Shown one piece after another: positions 54,201 to 64,000 of a DNA stretch of 64,000 bases. How positions within the stretch are numbered: position 1 is the first letter of the stretch; every line of letters begins with the position of its first letter. The DNA is from Eledone cirrhosa (taxonomy: Eukaryota): assembly GCA_964016885.1 (NCBI GenBank), contig OZ024741.1:248558001-248622000 (forward strand). The letters run 5' to 3'. The translations under genes were made by a program, and so were the position numbers. The notes under the pieces are model-generated. The model had not been told where the DNA came from. It saw only the letters and a list, made by a program, of their open reading frames with translations, and searched no databases.

Positions 54201-57200
54201 GGAGATAATTTCCAGCCGTCCAAGGGGAGATAATTTCCCGCCAGCCAAGGAGAGATAATATTTAAAAAAATCAGGCGGAGATAATTTGTAAAAAAAATCA
54301 GGGGGAGATAATTTGTAAAAAAATCAGGGGGAGATAATTTGTAAAAAAAAATCAGGGGGAGATAATTTGTAAAAAAAATCAGGGGGAGATAATTTGTAAA
54401 AAAAATCAGGGGTAGATAATTTGTAAAAAAAAATCAGGGGGAGATAATTTGTAAAAAAAAAATCAGGGGGAGATAATTTGTAAAAAAATCAAGGGGAGAT
54501 AATTTCCAGCCGTCCAAGGGGAGATAATTTTCAGCCGTCCAAGGAGAGGTAATTTCTAGCCGTCCAAGGGGAGATAATTTCCAGCCGTCCAAGGGGAGAT
54601 AATTTTTTTTAAAAAATCAGGCGGAGATAATTTGTAAACAAAAATCAGGGGGAGATAATTTGTAAAAAAAAATCAGGGGGAGATAATTTGTAAAAAAAAT
54701 CAAGGGGAGATAATTTCCAGCCGTCCAAGGGGAGGTAATATCTAGCCATCCAAGGGGAGATAATTTCCAGCCGTCCAAGGGGAGATAATATCCAGCCGTC
54801 CAAGGAGACATATTTTCCAGCCGTCCAAGGAGAGGTAATTTCTAGCCGTCCAAGGGGAGATAAGTTCCAGCCTCCAAGGGGAGATAATTTCCCGCCAGCC
54901 AAGGAGAGATAACATTTAAAAAAATCAGGCGGAGATAATTTGTAAAAAAAATCAGGGGGAGATAATTTGTAAAAAAATCAAGGGGAGATAATTTGTAAAA
55001 AAAATCAGGGGTAGATAATTTCCAGCCGTCCAAGGGGAGATAATTTCCATCCTTCCAAGGGGAGATAATTTCCAGCCGTCCAAGGGGAGATAATTTCCCG
55101 CCAGCCAAGGAGAGATAATATTTAAAAAAATCAGGCGGAGATAATTTGTAAAAAAAATCAGGGGGAGATAATTTGTAAAAAAATCAGGGGGAGATAATTT
55201 GTAAAAAAAAATCAGGGGGAGATAATTTGTAAAAAAAATCAGGGGGAGATAATTTGTAAAAAAAAATCAGGGGTAGATAATTTGTAAAAAAAAATCAGGG
55301 GGAGATAATTTGTAAAAAAAAATCAGGGGGAGATAATTTGTAAAAAAATCAAGGGGAGATAATTTCCAGCCGTCCAAGGGGAGATAATTTTCAGCCGTCC
55401 AAGGAGAGGTAATTTCTAGCCGTCCAAGGGGAGATAATTTCCAGCCGTCCAAGGGGAGATAATTTTTTTAAAAAAATCAGGCGGAGATAATTTGTAAACA
55501 AAAATCAGGGGGAGATAATTTTTAAAAAAAAATCAGGGGGAGATAATTTGTAAAAAAAAATCAGGGGGAGATAATTTGTAAAAAAAAATCAGGGGGAGAT
55601 AATTTGTAAAAAAAATCAAGGGGAGATAATTTCCAGCCGTCCAAGGGGAGGTAATATCTAGCCATCCAAGGGGAGATAATTTCCAGCCGTCCAAGGGGAG
55701 ATAATTTCCAGCCGTCCAAGGGGAGATAATATCCAGCCGTCCAAGGAGACATATTTTCCAGCCGTCCAAGGAGAGGTAATTTCTAGCCGTCCAAGGGGAG
55801 ATAAGTTCCAGCCTCCAAGGGGAGAAAATTTCCAGCCAGCCAAGGGGAGATAATTTGTAAAAAAATCAGGGGGAGATAATTTGTAAAAAAAAAATCAGGG
55901 GGAGATAATTTGTAAAAAAATCAGGGGGAGATAATTTGTAAAAAAAAATCAGGGGGAGATAATTTGTAAAAAAAATCAGGGGGAGATAATTTGTAGAAAA
56001 AATCAGGGGTAGATAATTTGTAAAAAAAATCAGGGGGAGATAATTTGTAAAAAAAATCAGGGGGAGATAATTTGTAAAAAAAATCAGGGGTAGATAATTT
56101 TCAGCCGTCCAAGGGGAGATAATTTCCATCCTTCCAAGGGGAGATAATTTCCAGCCGTCCAAGGGGAGATAATTTCCCGCCAGCCAAGGAGAGATAACAT
56201 TTAAAAAAATCAGGCGGAGATAATTTGTAAAAAAAATCAGGGGGAGATAATTTGTAAAAAAATCAGGGGGAGATAATTTGTAAAAAAAATCAGGGGTAGA
56301 TAATTTCCAGCCGTCCAAGGGGAGATAATTTCCATCCTTCCAAGGGGAGATAATTTCCAGCCGTCCAAGGGGAGATAATTTCCCGCCAGCCAAGGAGAGA
56401 TAATATTTAAAAAAATCAGGCGGAGATAATTTGTAAAAAAAATCAGGCGGAGATAATTTGTAAAAAAAAAATCAGGGGGAGATAATTTGTAAAAAAAAAT
56501 CAGGGGGAGATAATTTGTAAAAAAAATCAAGGGGAGATAATTTCCAGCCGTCCAAGGGGAGATAATTTTCAGCCGTCCAAGGAGAGGTAAATTCTAGCCG
56601 TCCAAGGAGATATAATTTCCAGCCGTCCAAGGGGAGATAATTTCCAGCCGTCCAAGGGGAGATAATTTTTAAAAAAAAATCAGGCGGAGATAATTTGTAA
56701 ACAAAAATCAGGGGGAGATAATTTTTAAAAAAAAATCAGGGGGAGATAATTTGTAAAAAAAAATCAGGGGGAGATAATTTGTAAAAATAATCAAGGGGAG
56801 ATAATTTTCAGCTGTCCAAGGGGAGGTAATATCTAGCCATCCAAGGGGAGATAATTTCCAGCCGTCCAAGGGGAGATAATTTCCAGCCGTCCAAGGGGAG
56901 ATAATATCCAGCCGTCCAAGGAGACATATTTTCCAGCCGTCCAAGGAGAGGTAATTTCTAGCCGTCCAAGGGGAGATAAGTTCCAGCCTCCAAGGGGAGA
57001 TAATTTCCAGCCAGCCAAGGGGAGATAATTTGTAAAAAAATCAGGGGGGAGATAATTTGTAAAAAAAATCAGGGGGAGATAATTTGAAAAAAAAATCAGG
57101 GGGAGATAATTTGTAAAAAATATCAAGCGGAGATAATTTCCAGCCCTCCAAGGGGCTATAATTTCCAGCCGTGCAAGGGGAGATAATTTCCAGCCGTCCA

Positions 57201-60200
57201 AGGGGAGATAATTTCCATCCTTCCAAGGGGAGATAATTTCCAGCCGTCCAAGGGGAGATAATTTCCCGCCAGCCAAGGGAAGATAATTTTTTAAAAAATC
57301 AGGCGGAGATTGTAAAAAAAATCAGGGGGAGATAATTTGTAAAAAAATCAGGGGGAGATAATTTGTAAAAAAAAAATCAGGGGGAGATAATTTGTAAAAA
57401 AAAATCAGGGGGAGATAATTTGTAAAAAAAATCAGGGGGAGATAATTTGTAAAAAAAATCAGGGGTAGATAATTTGTAAAAAAAATCAGGGGGAGATAAT
57501 TTGTAAAAAAAATCAGGGGGAGATAATTTGTAAAAAAAATCAGGGGTAGATAATTTTCAGCCGTCCAAGGGGAGATAATTTCCATCCTTCCAAGGGGAGA
57601 TAATTTCCAGCCGTCCAAGGGGAGATAATTTCCCGCCAGCCAAGGAGAGATAACATTTAAAAAAATCAGGCGGAGATAATTTGTAAAAAAATCAGGGGGA
57701 GATAATTTGTAAAAAAAATCAGGGGTAGATAATTTTCAGCCGTCCAAGGGGAGATAATTTCCATCCTTCCAAGGGGAGATAATTTCCAGCCGTCCAAGGG
57801 GAGATAATTTCCCGCCAGCCAAGGAGAGATAACATTTAAAAAAATCAGGGGGAGATAATTTGTGAAAAAAAATCAGGGGGAGATAATTCGTAAAAAAAAT
57901 CAGGGGGAGATAATTTGTAAAAAAAAATCAGGGGTAGATAATTTGTAAAAAAAAATCAGGGGGAGATAATTTGTAAAAAAAAAATCAGGGGGAGATAATT
58001 TGTAAAAAAATCAAGGGGAGATAATTTCCAGCCGTCCAAGGGGAGATAATTTTCAGCCGTCCAAGGAGAGGTAATTTCTAGCCGTCCAAGGGGAGATAAT
58101 TTCCAGCCGTCCAAGGGGAGATAATTTTTTTAAAAAAATCAGGCGGAGATAATTTGTAAACAAAAATCAGGGGGAGATAATTTGTAAAAAAAAATCAGGG
58201 GGAGATAATTTGTAAAAAAAAATCAGGGGGAGATAATTTGTAAAAAAAATCAAGGGGAGATAATTTGTAAAAAAAAATCAGGGGTAGATAATTTGTAAAA
58301 AAAAATCAGGGGGAGATAATTTGTAAAAAAAAAATCAGGGGGAGATAATTTGTAAAAAAATCAAGGGGAGATAATTTCCAGCCGTCCAAGGGGAGATAAT
58401 TTTCAGCCGTCCAAGGACAGGTAATTTCTAGCCGTCCAAGGGGAGATAATTTCCAGCCAGCCAAGGGGAGATAATTTGTAAAAAAATCAGGGGTAGATAA
58501 TTTGTAAAAAAAAATCAGGGGGAGATAATTTGTAAAAAAAATCAGGGGGAGATAATTTGTAAAAAAAATCAGGGGTAGATAATTTCCAGCCGTCCACGGG
58601 GAGATAATTTCCATCCTTCCAAGGGTAGACAATTTCCAGCCGTCCAAGGGGAGATAATTTCCCGCCAGCCAAGGAGAGATAACATTTAAAAAAATCAGGC
58701 GGAGATAATTTGTAAAAAAAATCAGGGGGAGATAATTTGTAAAAAAATCAGGGGGAGATAATTTGTAAAAAAAATCAGGGGTAGATAATTTGTAAAAAAA
58801 TCAGGGGGAGATAATTTGTAAAAAAAAATCAGGGGAGATAATTTGTAAAAAAAATCAGGGGGAGATAATTTGTAAAAAAAAATCAGGGGTAGATAATTTG
58901 TAAAAAAAAATCAGGGGGAGATAATTTGTAAAAAAAAATCAGGGGGAGATAATTTGTAAAAAAAAAATCAGGGGGAGATAATTTGTAAAAAAATCAAGGG
59001 GAGATAATTTCCAGCCGTCCAAGGGGAGATAATTTTCAGCCGTCCAAGGAGGTAATTTCTAGCCGTCCAAGGGGAGATAATTTCCAGCCGTCCAAGGGGA
59101 GATAATTTTTTTTAAAAAATCAGGCGGAGATAATTTGTAAACAAAAATCAGGGGGAGATAATTTGTAAAAAAAAATCAGGGGAAGATAATTTGTAAAAAA
59201 AAATCAGGGGGAGATAATTTGTAAAAAAAATCAAGGGGAGATAATTTCCAGCCGTCCAAGGGGAGGTAATATTTAGCCGTCCAAGGGGAGATAATTTCCA
59301 GCCGTCCAAGGGGAGATAATTTTTTTAAAAAAATCAGGCGGAGATAATTTGTAAACAAAAATCAGGGGGAGATAATTTGTAAAAAAAAATCAGGGGGAGA
59401 TAATTTGTAAAAGAAAATCAGGGGGAGATAATTTGTAAAAAAAATCAAGGGGAGATAATTTCCAGCCAGCCAAGGGGAGATAATTTGTAAAAAAATTAGG
59501 GGGAGATAATTTGTAAAAAAAAATTAGGGGGAGATAATTTGTAAAAAAAAATCAGGGGTAGATAATTTCCAGCCGTCCAAGGGGAGATAATTTCCATCCT
59601 TCCAAGGGGAGATAATTTCCAGCCGTCCAAGGGGAGATAATTTCCCGCCAGCCAAGGAGAGATAATATTTAAAAAAATCAGGCGGAGATAATTTGTAAAA
59701 AAAATCAGAGGGAGATAATTTGTAAAAAAATCAGGGGGAGATAATTTGTAAAAAAAAATCAGGGGGAGATAATTTGTAAAAAAAATCAGGGGGAGATAAT
59801 TTGTAAAAAAAAATCAGGGGTAGATAATTTGTAAAAAAAAATCAGGGGGAGATAATTTGTAAAAAAAAATCAGGGGGAGATAATTTGTAAAAAAATCAAG
59901 GGGAGATAATTTCCAGCCGTCCAAGGGGAGATAATTTTCAGCCGTCCAAGGAGAGGTAATTTCTAGCCGTCCAAGGGGAGATAATTTCCAGCCGTCCAAG
60001 GGGAGATAATTTTTTTAAAAAAATCAGGCGGAGATAATTTGTAAACAAAAATCAGGGGGAGATAATTTGTAAAAAAAAATCAGGGGGAGATAATTTGTAA
60101 AAAAAAATCAGGGGGAGATAATTTGTAAAAAAAATCAAGGGGAGATAATTTTCAGCCGTCCAAGGGGAGGTAATATCTAGCCATCCAAGGGGAGATAATT

Positions 60201-63117
60201 TCCAGCCGTCCAAGGGGAGATAATTTCCAGCCGTCCAAGGGGAGATAATATTCAGCCGTCCAAGGAGACATATTTTCCAGCCGTCCAAGGAGACGTAATT
60301 TCTAGCCGTCCAAGGGGAGATAAGTTCCAGCCTCCAAGGGGAGATAATTTCCAGCCAGCCAAGGGGAGATAATTTGTAAAAAAATTAGGGGGAGATAATT
60401 TGTAAAAAAAAATTAGGGGGAGATAATTTGTAAAAAAAATCAGGGGGAGATAATTTGTAAAAAAAAATCAGGGGGAGATAATTTGTAAAAAAAATCAAGG
60501 GGAGATAATTTCCAGCCAGCCAAGGGGAGATAATTTGTAAAAAAATTAGGGGGAGATAATTTGTAAAAAAAAATTAGGGGGAGATAATTTGTAAAAAAAA
60601 TCAGGGGGAGATAATTTGTAAAAAAAAATCAGGGGGAGATAATTTGTAAAAAAAAATCAGGCGGAGATAATTTGTAAAAAAATCAAGGGGAGATAATTTC
60701 CAGCCGTCCAAGGGGAGATAATTTTCAGCCGTCCAAGGAGAGGTAATTTCTAGCCGTCCAAGGGGAGATAATTTCCAGCCGTCCAAGGGGAGATAATTTT
60801 TTTAAAAAAATCAGGCGGAGATAATTTGTAAACAAAAATCAGGGGGAGATAATTTGTAAAAAAAAATCAGGGGGAGATAATTTGTAAAAAAAATCAGGGG
60901 GAGATAATTTGTAAAAAAAATCAAGGGGAGATAATTTGTAAAAAAAAATCAGGGGTAGATAATTTGTAAAAAAAAATCAGGGGGAGATAATTTGTAAAAA
61001 AAAATCAGGGGGAGATAATTTGTAAAAAAATCAAGGGGAGATAATTTCCAGCCGTCCAAGGGGAGATAATTTTCAGCCGTCCAAGGAGAGGTAATTTCTA
61101 GCCGTCCAAGGGGAGATAATTTCCAGCCAGCCAAGGGGAGATAATTTGTAAAAAAATCAGGGGTAGATAATTTGTAAAAAAAAATCAGGGGGAGATAATT
61201 TGCAAAAAAAATCAGGGGGAGATAATTTGTAAAAAAAATCAGGGGTACATAATTTCCAGCCGTCCAAGGGGAGATAATTTCCATCCTTCCAAGGGGAGAT
61301 AATTTCCAGCCGTCCAAGGGGAGATAATTTCCCGCCAGCCAAGGAGAGATAACATTTAAAAAAATCAGGCGGTTATAATTTGTAAAAAAAATCAGGGGGA
61401 GATAATTTGTAAAAAAATCAGGGGGAGATAATTTGTAAAAAAAATCAGGGGTAGATAATTTCCAGCCGTCCAAGGGGAGATAATTTCCATCCTTCCAAGG
61501 GGAGATAATTTCCAGCCGTCCAAGGGGAGATAATTTCCCGCCAGCCAAGGAGAGATAATATTTAAAAAAATCAGGCGGAGATAATTTGTAAAAAAATCAG
61601 GAGGAGATAATTTGTAAAAAAAAATCAGGGGAGATAATTTGTAAAAAAAATCAGGGGGAGATAATTTGTAAAAAAAAATCAGGGGTAGATAATTTGTAAA
61701 AAAAATCAGGGGGAGATAATTTGTAAAAAAAAAATCAGGGGGAGATAATTTGTAAAAAAATCAAGGGGAGATAATTTCCAGCCGTCCAAGGGGAGATAAT
61801 TTTCAGCCGTCCAAGGAGGTAATTTCTAGCCGTCCAAGGGGAGAGAATTTCCAGCCGTCCAAGGGGAGATAATTTTTTTTAAAAAATCAGGCGGAGATAA
61901 TTTGTAAACAAAAATCAGGGGGAGATAATTTGTAAAAAAAAATCAGGGGGAGATAATTTGTAAAAAAAAATCAGGGGGAGATAATTTGTAAAAAAAATCA
62001 AGGGGAGATAATTTCCAGCCGTCCAAGGTGAGGTAATATCTAGCCATCCAAGGGGAGATAATTTCCAGCCGTCCAAGGGGAGATAATTTCCAGCCGTCCA
62101 AGGGGAGATAATATCCAGCCGTCCAAGGAGACATATTTTCCAGCCGTCCAAGGAGAGGTAATTTCTAGCCGTCCAAGGGGAGATAAGTTCCAGCCTCCAA
62201 GGGGAGATAATTTCCAGCCAGCCAAGGGGAGATAATTTGTAAAAAAATCAGGGGGAGATAATTTGTAGAAAAAATCAGGGGTAGATAATTTGTAAAAAAA
62301 ATCAGGGGGAGATAATTTGTAAAAAAAATCAGGGGGAGATAATTTGTAAAAAAAATCAGGGGTAGATAATTTTCAGCCGTCCAAGGGGAGATAATTTCCA
62401 TCCTTCCAAGGGGAGATAATTTCCAGCCGTCCAAGGGGAGATAATTTCCCGCCAGCCAAGGAGAGATAACATTTAAAAAAATCAGGCGGAGATAATTTCT
62501 AAAAAAAATCAGGGGGAGATAATTTGTAAAAAAATCAGGGGGAGATAATTTGTAAAAAAAATCAGGGGTAGATAATTTCCAGCCGTCCAAGGGGAGATAA
62601 TTTCCATCCTTCCAAGGGGAGATAATTTCCAGCCGTCCAAGGGGAGATAATTTCCCGCCAGCCAAGGAGAGATAATATTTAAAAAAATCAGGCGGAGATA
62701 ATTTGTAAAAAAAATCAGGGGGAGATAATTTGTAAAAAAATCAGGGGGAGATAATTTGTAAAAAAAAATCAGGGGGAGATAATTTGTAAAAAAAATCAGG
62801 GGGAGATAATTTGTAAAAAAAATCAGGGGTAGATAATTTGTAAAAAAAAATCAGGGGGAGATAATTTGTAAAAAAAAAATCAGGGGGAGATAATTTGTAA
62901 AAAAATCAAGGGGAGATAATTTCCAGCCGTCCAAGGGGAGATAATTTTCAGCCGTCCAAGGAGAGGTAATTTCTAGCCGTCCAAGGGGAGATAATTTCCA
63001 GCCGTCCAAGGGGAGATAATTTTTTTAAAAAAATCAGGCGGAGATAATTTGTAAACAAAAATCAGGGGGAGATAATTTGTAAAAAAAAATCAGGGGGAGA
63101 TAATTTGTAAAAAAAAT
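51206..63117. repeat. Direct repeat at ~8.2-8.4-kb spacing (about 51206-54700 repeated at about 59446-63117)
   Basis: ORF-track offsets 8240 (51574/59814, 51812/60052), 8239 (52362/60601) and 8417 (53498/61915, 53748/62165, 54617/63034). Same cassette order and markers TCAGAGGGAG, GGGGTACATAA, AAGGTGAGGT and TTTCTAAAA. Confidence 0.8.
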
Positions 63118-64000
63118 CAAGGGGAGATAATTTTCAGCCGTCCAAGGGGAGGTAATATCTAGCCATCCAAGGGGAGATAATTTCCAGCCGTCCAAGGGGA
63201 GATAATTTCCAGCCGTCCAAGGGGAGATAATATTCAGCCGTCCAAGGAGACATATTTTCCAGCCGTCCAAGGAGACGTAATTTCTAGCCGTCCAAGGGGA
63301 GATAAGTTCCAGCCTCCAAGGGGAGATAATTTCCAGCCAGCCAAGGGGAGATAATTTGTAAAAAAATTAGGGGGAGATAATTTGTAAAAAAAAATTAGGG
63401 GGAGATAATTTGTAAAAAAAATCAGGGGGAGATAATTTGTAAAAAAAAATCAGGGGGAGATAATTTGTAAAAAAAATCAAGGGGAGATAATTTCCAGCCA
63501 GCCAAGGGGAGATAATTTGTAAAAAAATTAGGGGGAGATAATTTGTAAAAAAAAATTAGGGGGAGATAATTTGTAAAAAAAAATCAGGGGGAGATAATTT
63601 GTAAAAAAAAATCAGGGGGAGATAATTTGTAAAAAAAAATCAGGCGGAGATAATTTGTAAAAAAATCAAGGGGAGATAATTTCCAGCCGTCCAAGGGGAG
63701 ATAATTTTCAGCCGTCCAAGGAGAGGTAATTTCTAGCCGTCCAAGGGGAGATAATTTCCAGCCGTCCAAGGGGAGATAATTTTTTTAAAAAAATCAGGCG
63801 GAGATAATTTGTAAACAAAAATCAGGGGGAGATAATTTGTAAAAAAAAATCAGGGGGAGATAATTTGTAAAAAAAATCAGGGGGAGATAATTTGTAAAAA
63901 AAATCAAGGGGAGATAATTTGTAAAAAAAAATCAGGGGTAGATAATTTGTAAAAAAAAATCAGGGGGAGATAATTTGTAAAAAAAAATCAGGGGGAGATA
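60136..64000. repeat. ~2.98-kb tandem duplication, second copy truncated by the window end (copy 2 starts about 63118)
   Basis: Cassette II with the variant ATAATATTCAGCC seen only at about 60245 and 63227. ORF-track offsets 60052/63034 = 2982 and 60601/63584 = 2983. Confidence 0.75.

Larger units (their letters stand above)
1..64000. repeat. Composite two-monomer tandem satellite array (25-bp type A plus 26-29-bp type B, shared core GGGGAGATAATTT); runs off both ends of the window
   Basis: The core GGGGAGATAATTT or a close variant recurs every ~23-29 bp from the first line to the last, always in the same orientation. It is followed either by CCAGCCGTCCAA (type A) or by GT-A(7-10)-TCAG (type B). 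No intervening unique sequence seen. Confidence 0.99.

Noticed and set aside
249-63769. Numerous 60-199-aa minus-strand ORFs (LPLIFFTNY / KLSPLGRLEIISPW repeats)
   Set aside because: They are translations of the satellite. The reverse complement of the consensus A unit has no stop codon and B has a single TGA, while the plus strand has TAA in nearly every unit. The ORFs overlap in all three frames, many begin at non-ATG codons, and the frame shifts with each 25/26/28/29-bp unit.
1-64000. CRISPR-like repeat-spacer appearance (constant core plus variable intervening sequence)
   Set aside because: The core is only 13 bp and the intervening parts are 12-16 bp of just two recurring types, not unique 25-45-bp spacers. 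No leader or cas genes are present.
1-64000. Canonical G-quadruplex array from G4-G5 runs
   Set aside because: The runs are separated by ~21-24-nt loops, far longer than the 1-7-nt loops of stable canonical G4 motifs, so this cannot be supported without biophysical data.
1-64000. Shine-Dalgarno-like GGAG/GGAGG motifs and poly-T terminator-like runs on the minus strand
   Set aside because: These are incidental parts of the repeat unit, with no downstream plus-strand ORFs and no GC-rich hairpins preceding the T runs.
1-64000. Assignment as a centromere or to a named organism or satellite family
   Set aside because: No recognisable diagnostic motif (e.g. CENP-B box) or flanking context. This would need a database search and CENH3 data.
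1-64000. Whole array as a sequencing or assembly artefact, or synthetic concatemer
   Set aside because: Hierarchically shared variants, position-specific homopolymer lengths and in-register chimeric cassettes fit natural satellite evolution. Individual large duplications still need read-level confirmation.

Overview
All 64,000 bases are one uninterrupted, head-to-tail, single-orientation tandem satellite array, roughly 2,400-2,500 monomers (estimated from the ~26-bp mean unit). I see no credible gene, RNA gene, mobile element or unique sequence, and every listed ORF is a minus-strand translation artefact of the repeat. The array has two monomer types sharing a 13-bp core, GGGGAGATAATTT. Type A is 25 bp (CAAGGGGAGATAATTTCCAGCCGTC) and type B is 26-29 bp (TCAGGGGGAGATAATTTGT followed by A7-A10). 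A monomers occur as a few stereotyped cassettes (I-IV) with fixed internal variant order. These are separated by B runs whose A-tract lengths are position-specific and are joined by dedicated junction monomers. Cassettes assemble into 162/179/206-bp modules and into nested multi-kb duplications (~6.8-7.4, ~15.5-15.9, ~5.4, ~8.2-8.4 and ~3.0 kb) that can be partly ordered in time from shared variants. The architecture resembles eukaryotic heterochromatic satellite with higher-order repeats, but I cannot identify the organism, family or function from the sequence alone. Duplication boundaries are read by eye and from ORF-track offsets and are approximate to about one monomer.
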